Positions 53,642-62,722 of a stretch of DNA of 64,000 bases are shown piece by piece. Source of the DNA: Actinomycetes bacterium. GTDB taxonomy: Bacteria > Actinomycetota > Thermoleophilia > Gaiellales > Gaiellaceae. Position numbers and translations under genes: made by a program. The DNA lies in NCBI GenBank assembly GCA_025964395.1, contig JAOPYY010000005.1:7957-71956 (forward strand), read 5' to 3'. Position 1 is the first letter of the stretch. Every line of letters begins with the position of its first letter. The notes beneath the pieces were generated by a model. The model saw only the letters and a program-made list of their open reading frames with translations, did not search any database and was not told where the DNA came from.

Positions 53642-54800
53642 CCTGCGCGCCCTCGGACACGTCACCCGTTCCGCGTGGAACGAGGACCAGCGCGGACGCC
53701 GCGGCACTCCGTACGATCATGTGCGACTCCTGCCCGGTGAGCGGATCGAGCACGACGGCGCCGTCTTCGATCCGCGTGCGGGCACGGACGAGCTCGTCGC
53801 GGTGCTCATTGCGGCGCACCGTCGTCCCGAGGCGACCGGGGAGATACGCGGGGCCTGGCTCGCGCGCGCCCTGCAGTGCAAGCAGCGCGGGGCGGACGAA
53901 GAGCTCGAAGCCGACGAGCGAGGAGACGGGGTTGCCCGGCAGTCCGAACACGAGCGTCTCGCCGCGCACGGCGAACGCGATCGGCTTCCCCGGCTTGACC
54001 GCGACGCGCCAGAAGATCTCCTCCGCGCCCAACTCGGCCAGCGCGGCACGCACGAGGTCGTGCGGCCCGACCGAGACGCCGCCGGAGGTGACGAGCACGT
54101 CGGACTCGACCCCGCGCTCGAGCGCAGCGCGGGTCGCGCCTTCGTCGTCGCTGACCGAGTCGTGGACGGTGACGTCCGCGCCTGCCGACTCGAGCTGCGC
54201 AGCGAGCAGCACCGTGTTCGACTCGTAGATCTCACCGGGCGCAAGTCGTTCGCCCGGCGCACGCAGCTCACTGCCGGTCGCGAACACGGTGACGCGCGGG
54301 CGGCGTGCGCAGCGCACCGTCGCGACTCCTGCAGCGGCAAGCGCACCGAGCTGCGCAGGGCGGAGGACGTCGCCGCGTTCGACGACAACATCACCTACGC
54401 GTGCGTCGCCTCCGCGCGGACGCACGTTGTCCCCTGGGCCGACGCCTTCGACCTCGACGTTGCCCGACGCTCGCTCGACCGGAACGACCGCGTCGGCGCC
54501 GGCCGGCACAACCGCTCCGGTGGAGATCACGATCGCTTCGCCGGCACCGAGGGTGCGCGCTTCGGGCTTCCCCGCCGCGGAGTGCCCGACGACGGTGAGG
54601 GCGCCCGGCGTGTCCGCCGCGCGCACCGCGTAACCGTCCATGGCCGAGCTGTCGAAGGGCGGAAGGTCGGTGACGGCGGCGGCGGCCTCCGCGACAACGC
54701 GGCCCGCGGCGCGCGCGACGGGCACGTCTTCGGCCTCCAGCGGCCGTGCGCGCGCGAGCACCAGCGCAAGGGCTTCGTCGATGGCCGGCAGGGAGCTCAC
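53622..54800 (-). CDS. moeA: molybdopterin molybdenumtransferase
   Basis: PPFDSSAMDGYAV, TGSEL, SGGVSVGPHD and KPGKP. Confidence 0.85.
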   Translation of the reverse strand: MSSLPAIDEALALVLARARPLEAEDVPVARAAGRVVAEAAAAVTDLPPFDSSAMDGYAVRAADTPGALTVVGHSAAGKPEARTLGAGEAIVISTGAVVPAGADAVVPVERASGNVEVEGVGPGDNVRPRGGDARVGDVVVERGDVLRPAQLGALAAAGVATVRCARRPRVTVFATGSELRAPGERLAPGEIYESNTVLLAAQLESAGADVTVHDSVSDDEGATRAALERGVESDVLVTSGGVSVGPHDLVRAALAELGAEEIFWRVAVKPGKPIAFAVRGETLVFGLPGNPVSSLVGFELFVRPALLALQGAREPGPAYLPGRLGTTVRRNEHRDELVRARTRIEDGAVVLDPLTGQESHMIVRSAAASALVLVPRGTGDVSEGAQVSYLRI

Positions 54801-54822
54801 GCTGGAGCACGATAATCACCCA
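54801..54822. promoter_or_regulatory. 22-bp divergent intergenic region with -10-like hexamers on both strands
   Basis: Plus strand: GATAAT (54811-54816), then 6 nt, then GTG at 54823. Minus strand: TATCGT (54809-54814), then 8 nt, then GTG at 54800. No SD on either side. Confidence 0.4.
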
Positions 54823-56124
54823 GTGGCCGAGGAGCTGATCGCTGGGCGCTACCGCTTGCTCGAGCCGCTGGGTCGCGGCGCGATGAGCTCGGTCTGGCTC
54901 GCGCAGGACGAGGAGCTGGAGCGGCGGGTCGCGGTGAAGATGCTCGCCCCGAGCGCCGACCGGGCGCGCTTCGAGCGCGAAGCGCGTGCAGCCGCCGCGC
55001 TCTCGCACCCCAACATCTGCGCGCTCTACGACTACGGCGAGGCCGACGGCCGGCCGTACATGGTCCTCGAGTACCTGCCGCACGGATCGCTCGAGGAGCG
55101 CCTGAAGGACGGCCCGCTTCCCGACGCTGAAGCGTTGCGCCTTGCGACGGAGATGGCTGCGGGCCTGGCCCACGCCCACGAGCGTGACCTCGTGCACCGC
55201 GACCTGAAGCCGGCAAACGTCCTCTTCGACGTCGAGGACCGCGCCAAGATCGCCGACTTCGGGATCGCGCGCATGGGCGGCTCGGGCACGCTCACCGAGG
55301 CGGGCACGGTGCTCGGAACGGCGTCGTACATCTCGCCCGAGCAAGCGTCCGGCCAGCCGGCCGGGCCGGCGAGTGACGTCTATTCGTTCGGCGTGATCCT
55401 GTTCCGGATGCTGACGGGGCGGCTCCCGTTCGTCTCGGCGAACGCGATGGAGCTCGTGCGGATGCACCGTGACGACACACCGCCTTCGGTTGCCGAGTTC
55501 CGAGGCGACGCACCGGCGCGCCTCGAGAGCCTGGCGGCGGCCGCGCTCGCGAAGGACCCGGCCGACAGACCGGCCGACGGCGCTGCCCTCATGCGTGAGC
55601 TGCGTCGCGGCGGGGGTGGGGGCGATGACGCGACGGTGATGCTCGCGCCCGGCGCCTTCCCCGCGTCCTCTGGAGCGACCCGGGTGCTGCGCCCCGTGCC
55701 GCCGACCCGGCAGCGGCGCAAGCGTGAGTTCTGGCTGGTGCCGCTCGTACTCGTGCTCCTCGGTGGCGGCGTCGCACTCGCCCTCGTGACGACGAGCGGA
55801 GGCGGAGGGACGCCAACCACCAACCCGCTGCCGAGCCTCGGCTTGCCGAGTGTCCCCACTGCCGGCTCGACGAAGCCCGCCGCCACGGCGCCCTCGACGA
55901 CGGCGCCCACGACAACCGCTCCGCCGACGACCGCACGGACGACGACGCACCGCGTGACGACGGTTCCGGTGACGCCGACAGCGCCGCCGACGGTGCTGCC
56001 CACGACGACGGTCGCGCCGCCGCCTACGACCACGGTTGCGGCGCCTCCGACCACCACCGCGCCGCCGCCGACGGCGACCGACACGACGCCGACCACAACG
56101 GCGGCGACCACGACCGGCCCGTGA
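54823..56124 (+). CDS. Ser/Thr protein kinase with one TM and a Thr/Pro-rich extracytoplasmic tail
   Basis: GRGAMSSVW, VAVKML, HRDLKPANVL, DFGIA and SPEQ. TM FWLVPLVLVLLGGGVALALV. The 109-aa tail has no PASTA domain. Confidence 0.85.
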   Translation: MAEELIAGRYRLLEPLGRGAMSSVWLAQDEELERRVAVKMLAPSADRARFEREARAAAALSHPNICALYDYGEADGRPYMVLEYLPHGSLEERLKDGPLPDAEALRLATEMAAGLAHAHERDLVHRDLKPANVLFDVEDRAKIADFGIARMGGSGTLTEAGTVLGTASYISPEQASGQPAGPASDVYSFGVILFRMLTGRLPFVSANAMELVRMHRDDTPPSVAEFRGDAPARLESLAAAALAKDPADRPADGAALMRELRRGGGGGDDATVMLAPGAFPASSGATRVLRPVPPTRQRRKREFWLVPLVLVLLGGGVALALVTTSGGGGTPTTNPLPSLGLPSVPTAGSTKPAATAPSTTAPTTTAPPTTARTTTHRVTTVPVTPTAPPTVLPTTTVAPPPTTTVAAPPTTTAPPPTATDTTPTTTAATTTGP

Positions 56125-56146
56125 GGGCCCTTTCGATCGGTGTCTC

Positions 56147-57100
56147 GTGAGGGCGCTCTACTTTGGAACCTACGACCGCGCGCATCCGCGGAACGTCAAT
56201 GCGATCGCAGCGATGAGCGCGGCGGGTGTGGAGGTCAGCGAGCGGCAGGTCCCGCTCCGCCGCGGCGGGTTGCTCGGTGCGCTCACGATCTTCGGCGCGG
56301 AAGCCAGGCTCAGCCGGCCGCGGCGGCGTACGTTCGACGTCGTGATCGTCGGGTACCCCGGCCACTTCGACGTGCCGCGGGCGCGTCGCGTCGCGCGCAA
56401 GCGTCCGCTCGTCTTCGACGCGGTGCTCTCACTCGAGGACGAGCTCGTGCAGGTGCGGCGTCGCTTTCGTCCCCGCTCCACCGCGGCGACCGTCCTTCGT
56501 GCTGTCGACAACCGCGCGTTGCGTCTGCCCGACCTCGTGGTCTGCGGCACGCACGCCGAAGCTGCGTACCTCGAGCAGCTCGGCGCGCGGCGCACCTCCA
56601 CGATCTACCTCGGTGCAGACGAGGACGTCTTCTGCGAGACGTGGTCGCCTGCGTATCCGTTCTCGGCGTTGTACGTCGCCGATGCCTCGCGCGACGTCGT
56701 CGAGGCCGCGGCGCTGCTCGTGCCGGACGCGCCGGTGCGCATCGTCGCGCCCGGGGAGATTCCGGATGCCGACCGTGGCATAGCGTTCGCGCACGCGGGC
56801 ATCGTGCTCGGCAGCTTCCGCGAGTCGCGCGCGATCCCCCCGGCGGTCTTCGAAGCACTCGCCACCGGCGCGCCTGTGATCACCGCGGACACGCCCGCAG
56901 CACGCGAACTGCTCAACGGCGGTGAGTCCGCGCTGCTCGTCGCACCAGGTGACGCCGTCGCACTCGCCGGCGCCTTGCGGCGGCTGACGGAGGACGAAGC
57001 GCTGCGAACGGCGATCGCAGCGCAGGGACGGCGCGTGTACGCCGAGCGCGCGAGCCGCCGCGTGCTCGGAGCACGCTGGCGCAAGGCGCTCGAGCGCTAG
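56147..57100 (+). CDS. glycosyltransferase (GT1/GT4-like fold)
   Basis: The C-terminal half (FEALATGAPVITADTPAARELL..G..ALLV) is typical of the GT-B EX7E region. The GTG start was chosen by protein-like onset. Confidence 0.65.
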   Translation: MRALYFGTYDRAHPRNVNAIAAMSAAGVEVSERQVPLRRGGLLGALTIFGAEARLSRPRRRTFDVVIVGYPGHFDVPRARRVARKRPLVFDAVLSLEDELVQVRRRFRPRSTAATVLRAVDNRALRLPDLVVCGTHAEAAYLEQLGARRTSTIYLGADEDVFCETWSPAYPFSALYVADASRDVVEAAALLVPDAPVRIVAPGEIPDADRGIAFAHAGIVLGSFRESRAIPPAVFEALATGAPVITADTPAARELLNGGESALLVAPGDAVALAGALRRLTEDEALRTAIAAQGRRVYAERASRRVLGARWRKALER

Positions 57101-59326
57101 CTACGGCTGCTGGCCCGGACCGCCGGGCGGGGGCTCGGTCGTGGTCGTCGCCGGTGGCGGCGCCGAGGTGGTGGTCGGTGGCGGTGGCGGTGCAGCAGTC
57201 GTCGTTGCGGCGGGTGTGGGCTTCGGCTTCGGCTTCGGGGTCGCGGACTTCGTCGAGACGGGGGGCGCCGGGCCCCGCCGGGTCGTCACCGCAGTCGTCG
57301 TCGCGGCCGTCGTGGTCGTCGTACTCGGCGTGTACACGTAGCCGAGGCTGCCGTAGTTGCCGCGCGTGATCGAGTGATAGAGCGGGTACTTGTCGGGCAA
57401 CTCGAAGCCGAGCACCTTGTGGTGCCAGAGCGCGGCCGCCATGTACTCGTGCCAGATCGGCACGGGGAACGTCGCGCCGGCGACCGTCTGGCCGTGCACG
57501 CTCAGCATCGGGATCTCGCCCTCCGGGTAGCCCATCCAGACAACGGTGCTGAGCTGCCGCGTGTAGCCGTCGAACCATGCGTCGGCGTGATTCTCGGTCG
57601 TTCCGGTCTTGCCGGCATTGACGTGGATGCCGTCACCCGAGCCGGCGCCCGTCCCGTAGAGCGCGTTCTGGCGCAGGATGTCGGTCACCTTCCAGGCAAC
57701 GGCCTGGGAGAGCGCGCGCTTCGTCTGCGGCTTGCCCCAACCGGAGTCCTTGTCCTCGTGACCGCCGGGGAGGATCACCTTCGTGATCGCCATCGGCTTC
57801 GCGTAGGTGCCCATCGCGGCGAATGTCGCGTACGCCGCCGCCATATCGAGCGGTGAGACGGCAAGCGAACCGAGGCCGATCGATGCGACGGGCTTGTCGG
57901 GGGAGAGGTGCACGCCGAGTCGATGCGCCATCTGCCAGACGTAACGCGGGCCGACGTCGAGGGTCAGCTGCGCGTACACCGCATTGTCGGAGGCAAGCGT
58001 TCCGCTCGTGATCGACATCGAGCCACGATACGAGTTGTCGTAGGTGTGCACCTGCCACGGTGTCTGACACCACGGCCCGACCGAGCAGGTGAACGGCGCA
58101 GAGGTGTAGTACGTCGAGTCCGGATCGAAGCCCTGCTCGATCGCCGACGCGAGCACGAACGACTTGAAGGTCGAGCCCGCCTGGCGTGCCGACTGTGCGA
58201 CGAGGTTGAACTGGTTGCCGCTCTTGCGCACGACGGCTGTCATGGCGCGGATCGCACCGGTGCCCGGCTCGAGAGAGACGATCGCGGACGCCGGGTCGTC
58301 CTTGTACGGAAGGACGTCGCGGATCGCCTTGTTCGCGAGCCGTTGCAGCCGCGGGTCGATCGTCGTGTAGACCTTCAAACCGCCCTGGCGCACCGTGTTC
58401 GTGCCGTAGGCGTGGTCGAGCTCGTCGATCACGTACGAGAAGAAGTACGGCTGCTTGATGCTCGTGTAGATGCGGCCTGCTCGCAGGTCGAGCGTGTTGG
58501 AGCGAATTGCGCTGTCGTACTGCGCGAGCGTGATCGACTGGTTCTTGAGCATGGCGCGCAGCACCTCGTCGCGGCGGTCGAGCGCGGCCTGCGGGCTGTG
58601 GTACGGGTCGTAGTCGGACGGCGCCTGCGGGAGCCCCGCGAGCAGCGCTGCCTGCAGCAGCGTCAACTGGCTCGCATGCTTCGAGAAGTACGTCTGCGCC
58701 GCGGCCTCGACACCGTACGCATGGTTGCCGTAGTAGACGGTGTTCAGATACTCGTCGAGCACCTTCTGCTTCGGCCACTTCTGCGCAAGTTTGATCGCGA
58801 GGCAGGCCTCCTTGATCTTGCGTGTGAACGTCTTCTCCTGGCCCGTGTAGAGGTTGCGCACGAGCTGCTGGGTGATCGTCGAGCCGCCTTCCAGCACCTT
58901 GCCCGCGCTGACGTCCTTCCACGCGGCGCGCGCGATCCCGACGTAGTCGACGCCACCGTGCTGCCAGAAGCGCCGGTCCTCGATCGCGACGGTCGCACGC
59001 GGCAGCCACTTCGACATCTGGGCGTTGGTCACGGGCTCGCGGTTCCGCTCGGCGGGGATCGATCCGAGCAGCGAGCCGTCGTACGCGTAGACGAACGAGT
59101 TTGCCCCGATCTCGACCGGTCGCAGCGTGTTCAGGTTGCAGCTCGCGGAGAGTGCGGTACCGGCGCCGGCGCCGACCGTGACGATGACGATCCCGGCAAC
59201 GATCGCGAACGTCGCGGCTGCTGCGCCCGCGCGGCGGCGGCGCTGGATCCGCGCCGACCGCTTCCGCTTCCGGCCGCGGTGGGCGAGGATGAAGTCCAGG
59301 TCGTCGCCGCGCCGGCGCGGCGTCAT
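57101..59326 (-). CDS. class A penicillin-binding protein (transglycosylase/transpeptidase) with Thr/Pro-rich C-terminal tail
   Basis: GT51 motifs EDRRFWQHGGVD and GGSTITQQL. Transpeptidase motifs STFK, SxN-like SYRGS and KTGTT. Confidence 0.9.
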   Translation of the reverse strand: MTPRRRGDDLDFILAHRGRKRKRSARIQRRRRAGAAAATFAIVAGIVIVTVGAGAGTALSASCNLNTLRPVEIGANSFVYAYDGSLLGSIPAERNREPVTNAQMSKWLPRATVAIEDRRFWQHGGVDYVGIARAAWKDVSAGKVLEGGSTITQQLVRNLYTGQEKTFTRKIKEACLAIKLAQKWPKQKVLDEYLNTVYYGNHAYGVEAAAQTYFSKHASQLTLLQAALLAGLPQAPSDYDPYHSPQAALDRRDEVLRAMLKNQSITLAQYDSAIRSNTLDLRAGRIYTSIKQPYFFSYVIDELDHAYGTNTVRQGGLKVYTTIDPRLQRLANKAIRDVLPYKDDPASAIVSLEPGTGAIRAMTAVVRKSGNQFNLVAQSARQAGSTFKSFVLASAIEQGFDPDSTYYTSAPFTCSVGPWCQTPWQVHTYDNSYRGSMSITSGTLASDNAVYAQLTLDVGPRYVWQMAHRLGVHLSPDKPVASIGLGSLAVSPLDMAAAYATFAAMGTYAKPMAITKVILPGGHEDKDSGWGKPQTKRALSQAVAWKVTDILRQNALYGTGAGSGDGIHVNAGKTGTTENHADAWFDGYTRQLSTVVWMGYPEGEIPMLSVHGQTVAGATFPVPIWHEYMAAALWHHKVLGFELPDKYPLYHSITRGNYGSLGYVYTPSTTTTTAATTTAVTTRRGPAPPVSTKSATPKPKPKPTPAATTTAAPPPPPTTTSAPPPATTTTEPPPGGPGQQP

Positions 59327-60039
59327 GGCTCGGTCACTCCTGCGTCCCTCAGGCGCTCTGCGACGCTCAGGCGCAGCTCGCTCTCGGCACGCTCAGTGTC
59401 GCGCTCACGCGGGACTCGCTTCCGAACCACAATTGTTGCTTTGTCCCCAAGGTCGGTCACGTACACCTCTTCGTCGTCCTGCTGCAAAGAGTTCACCACA
59501 GCGCGCAGGTCGGCGGAAGCCGGCACCTGGACCTGCACCTCCGCCAGCGTCTCTGCGCTGCGGATTGTCGAATTGCGGATGCTCTCGGAGGCGAGCCTCT
59601 CGTTTGGGACGACCAGCCGGTCGTTGTCCCGCGTGCGGATCCACGTGTAGGTGAGGCCGATCTCCTCGACGATCCCCTCGGTGCCCTCAACGGTGACTCG
59701 GTCGCCGAGCCGGAGCGGCTGGGTGATCGCGATCAGGATGCCCGCGACGACGTTGCCGATCGTCCGCTGGGACGCGAACCCGATCACGAGCCCGATCACG
59801 GCCGACGACGCCAGGATGCCGCCGGCGAGGGCGCGCACCGGCGGGATGACGAGCAGCGCCGACAGGACGCCGACGAAGACGATCGCAGTGACGAGCGTCT
59901 GGCGCAGGACGCGGTAGCGGGTCGCGGAGCCGGGCGCGAGGTCGCGGTGGCCGATGCGCCAGTCGACGAACTTCGCGATCACGACGGTCACCGCGATCAC
60001 GCTGCCGGCGATCAGGGCTCTCTGCCAGAACTGGGACAC
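59323..60039 (-). CDS. MscS-family mechanosensitive channel
   Basis: GFASQRTIGNVVAGILIAITQPLRLGDRV..G..G.VEEIGL.YT. The GTG at 60039 lies 7 nt after the upstream stop. The longer ORF start would overlap DUF2203. Confidence 0.8.
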   Translation of the reverse strand: MSQFWQRALIAGSVIAVTVVIAKFVDWRIGHRDLAPGSATRYRVLRQTLVTAIVFVGVLSALLVIPPVRALAGGILASSAVIGLVIGFASQRTIGNVVAGILIAITQPLRLGDRVTVEGTEGIVEEIGLTYTWIRTRDNDRLVVPNERLASESIRNSTIRSAETLAEVQVQVPASADLRAVVNSLQQDDEEVYVTDLGDKATIVVRKRVPRERDTERAESELRLSVAERLRDAGVTEP

Positions 60040-60046
60040 AGGTGGT

Positions 60047-60457
60047 CTATTCGCCCCAGTCGATCGGTTTCCGCCCGGCGTAGCCCTCTTCGAGCCCGTG
60101 CCACGACGTGACCGAGTCTTCACCCACGTGCCAGCAGAGCAACACTTCCTCGCCTTGCCGCTCCGACGGAAAGTCGAGCAGGCCGAGGTCGAGGTCCTTC
60201 AGGACGACGCCCAGCTCCTCGAGCTTGTCGACACACGCAAGCGCCACGTCGGCGAGGCCCCCGAGCTCCGTCTGGGCCGCGTTCAGGTCGGTCGCCGCGT
60301 AGCCGCCGCCGTTCCCGCCGATCGCGGTGACGAGCTCGCCCTGCGACTGCTCGAGCTCCCGCATCCGCGCGCGCACCGCGACGAGGCGCTCCGCAACGGG
60401 CCGCACTTCGTCGAGGGCGTTGTTAGCCTCGTCAGGAGTGAACGAACGCTCGGCCAT
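60047..60457 (-). CDS. DUF2203 family protein
   Basis: FTPDEANNAL...VLLCWHVGEDSVTSWH. Confidence 0.75.
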   Translation of the reverse strand: MAERSFTPDEANNALDEVRPVAERLVAVRARMRELEQSQGELVTAIGGNGGGYAATDLNAAQTELGGLADVALACVDKLEELGVVLKDLDLGLLDFPSERQGEEVLLCWHVGEDSVTSWHGLEEGYAGRKPIDWGE

Positions 60458-61121
60458 CGAGCCGCATCGTAGGGACGAACGACGGCGGCTTGCACTCTGG
60501 CTCGCGCTCGTCACCTTCTTCATTGTCGTCCAGTACGCGGGCCGCTCCGCGGGCGGCGGGGGCACCGATCCCCTCTACAAGTGGTCGTTCGCGGCCGGGT
60601 CGCTGATCCAGGAGGCAATCTTCCTGCTGATCGTGCTCGCGATCGCCGGGTTCGGCGTCGAGCGACTCGGCCTGCGCTTGCCCAAGCTGAAGTGGCGGTC
60701 GGTCGGTCTCGTGGTCGGCGGTTTCTTCGCGGTCCAGATCTTCGAATTCGTCTACATCGCACTCGTGCACCCGGGCAACGAGCAGGGCCTCACGCCGAAT
60801 CGGTGGCAACCGAGCCACGCCGCGGAGTACGTCGTGAACGGCGCGATCGTCTGCACGCTCGTGCCGTTCGTCGAGGAGATCACCTTCCGCGGGCTCGGTT
60901 TCTACCTGCTCCGTCCGTACGGGAAGTGGGTCGCGATTCTCGGCACTGGCGTGCTGTTCGGGCTCTCACACGGGCTGCTGCTCTCATTGCCGATCATCGT
61001 TGTGTTCGGTTGCGTGCTCGCGTGGATCCGCGAACGGACTGACAGTGTCATCCCGGGGATGTTTCTGCACGGCACGTTCAACTTGATCGCGCTCGTAGCC
61101 GCCGTCACCGTGCACCGTTAG
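60438..61121 (+). CDS. CPBP-family intramembrane metalloprotease (CAAX protease-like)
   Basis: EEITFRG, FGLSH and HGTFN motifs. The start is uncertain: GTG at 60438 is the only canonical start before the first TM, and it overlaps the divergent gene by 20 nt. Confidence 0.65.
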   Translation: MNERSAIEPHRRDERRRLALWLALVTFFIVVQYAGRSAGGGGTDPLYKWSFAAGSLIQEAIFLLIVLAIAGFGVERLGLRLPKLKWRSVGLVVGGFFAVQIFEFVYIALVHPGNEQGLTPNRWQPSHAAEYVVNGAIVCTLVPFVEEITFRGLGFYLLRPYGKWVAILGTGVLFGLSHGLLLSLPIIVVFGCVLAWIRERTDSVIPGMFLHGTFNLIALVAAVTVHR

Positions 61122-61132
61122 CCTTTGTCGCG

Positions 61133-61399
61133 ATGACCGATCCCGTCCTCGAGCAGTTGCGTCAGCAGATCACTGAGATCGACCGGTCGATCATCGACGC
61201 GTTCAATCGCCGGCTGGAGATCGTCGCGCAGATCAAGCACCACAAGGACGAGCACGGGATCGCGTTTGTCGACCCCGACCGTGAGGCCGCGATGCTCGCG
61301 CACCAGTCGAGTGAGAACCGCGGGCCGTTGACGGAAGAGGGCCTACGTGCGTTGTACGCCGAGCTGCTCGCGCTGACCAAGCGCGAGATCAGTCTCTAG
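61133..61399 (+). CDS. monofunctional chorismate mutase (AroQ class)
   Basis: LRQQITEIDRSIIDAFNRRLEIV..IK. 88 aa. Confidence 0.85.
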   Translation: MTDPVLEQLRQQITEIDRSIIDAFNRRLEIVAQIKHHKDEHGIAFVDPDREAAMLAHQSSENRGPLTEEGLRALYAELLALTKREISL

Positions 61400-61938
61400 C
61401 GCTCTTCTTCGTCGTCGGGCTCGATCTCAACGTCCTCGACGTCGCCTTCGACCTCGGCCTCGACGAAGTCCTCTGCCGACACCTTGTCGAGGAACTTCTT
61501 GAACTCGTCGACGATCTCTTCCTCGTTCACCTCGTCGCCCTCCATCTCGATCGCCGACTCTTCGATCACTTCGTCGGCGGCGAAGATCGGCGCTTGCGCG
61601 CGCACCGCGATCGCGATTGCGTCGGACGAGCGGGAGTCGATCTCCACCTCGGCTCCGTTCTGCGCGATCGTGATCGACGCATGGAAGGTGTTCTCGCGCA
61701 GCTCCGTGACGGTCACGCGAACGATGTCGACATCGAGCTCGGCCAGCATGTTCACGAGCAGGTCGTGCGTGAGCGGCCGCGGCGCTGTTGCGCCCTGCAG
61801 CTTCATCAGGATCGCGGCTGCCTCGGAGTGGCCGATCCAGATCGGCAGGTAGCGATTTCCCTCGGCCGTCTTCAGGAGCACGATCGGCTGCTTACCGACG
61901 AGGTCAAAGGAGACTCCGTAGATCGACATCTCGACCAT
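61396..61938 (-). CDS. bifunctional nuclease (DUF151/BFN) family protein with acidic C-terminal tail
   Basis: QPIVLLK...NRYLPIWIG..EA.AI, and THDLL. Confidence 0.8.
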   Translation of the reverse strand: MVEMSIYGVSFDLVGKQPIVLLKTAEGNRYLPIWIGHSEAAAILMKLQGATAPRPLTHDLLVNMLAELDVDIVRVTVTELRENTFHASITIAQNGAEVEIDSRSSDAIAIAVRAQAPIFAADEVIEESAIEMEGDEVNEEEIVDEFKKFLDKVSAEDFVEAEVEGDVEDVEIEPDDEEER

Positions 61939-61983
61939 CGACTCCTAGAGTACCCCCGGCCTTGGAGGCAAACGCGAGGGCGC

Positions 61984-61989
61984 TATTAT
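61984..61989 (+). promoter_or_regulatory. -10-like hexamer TATTAT, 11 nt upstream of tRNA-Ile
   Basis: An A/T hexamer in an otherwise GC-rich spacer, correctly placed for a short tRNA leader. Confidence 0.35.
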
Positions 61990-62000
61990 GCGCGCCGCGC

Positions 62001-62074
<74 letters not shown>

Positions 62075-62082
62075 TAAAGAGG

Positions 62083-62712
62083 CTACTGCGCGTCGTCGGG
62101 CCGGCGGACTTCCGTCGCCCCGACCGCGAGCCGATCCTGGGCCCTCGTGGCGCGCATCCGTTCGACCACCTCATGCGCATCCGCGGCGCACGAGGCGATC
62201 CGGTCGTCCGCAGCCCGCATTTCGCCCCGCAGCCGTTCGGCCTCGGTCTCGTCGCCCGCGTACACGGCGCCGCCGAGCGCGTACTGGAGCTGCGACCGCT
62301 CCTTCGCGCGCCGGTTCGCCTCGAGCCGCAGGCGCGCAAGCTCCCGGCCCGCGCTCGTCCACGCGCGCACCGAGGAACCGGTGAAGCCCGCCAGCGCACG
62401 AGTGTGATCAACCGCCGCCGCCGCAACCCGGTCGAAGGCCGAGCCGCGGCGGCGGCGCGCCTGCTCGGCGAAGATCGCCGCGAGCAGCGCGGCGGCGGCG
62501 AGCAGCAGCACGCCGGTCAGAACCACGCCGGAGACGAGCAGCACGATGCTGGCGCCGAACGCGAACGCGGCGATCACCGCGGCGAGGCCGTGCGGCGTAA
62601 CGCCGAAGTAGCGCGGCCGTGTGTCGTCCCAGGTCGCCGGGGTCTCCGTGGCCGCAGGCACCTCGAACGGCGGACGTTCAACGACGGCGGTCTCGTCCTC
62701 GTGCGGCTCCAT
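62083..62712 (-). CDS. hypothetical membrane protein with coiled-coil C-terminal domain
   Basis: ATG at 62712. Acidic N-terminus, two hydrophobic helices, then a charged helical region. No family recognised. Confidence 0.55.
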   Translation of the reverse strand: MEPHEDETAVVERPPFEVPAATETPATWDDTRPRYFGVTPHGLAAVIAAFAFGASIVLLVSGVVLTGVLLLAAAALLAAIFAEQARRRRGSAFDRVAAAAVDHTRALAGFTGSSVRAWTSAGRELARLRLEANRRAKERSQLQYALGGAVYAGDETEAERLRGEMRAADDRIASCAADAHEVVERMRATRAQDRLAVGATEVRRPDDAQ

Positions 62713-62722
62713 GCGCGTCACG

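Noticed and set aside
54781-54822. ATG at 54781 as the kinase start.
   Set aside because: It would overlap the divergent moeA coding start by 20 nt and add a low-complexity extension. The GTG at 54823 fits the leaderless-type geometry seen elsewhere in the window.
55795-56121. Tandem DNA repeat or satellite in the ACC/ACG/CCG-rich stretch.
   Set aside because: I found no exact repeating nucleotide unit. It is low-complexity coding sequence for a Thr/Pro-rich protein tail. The long antisense ORF 55380..56111 is its shadow.
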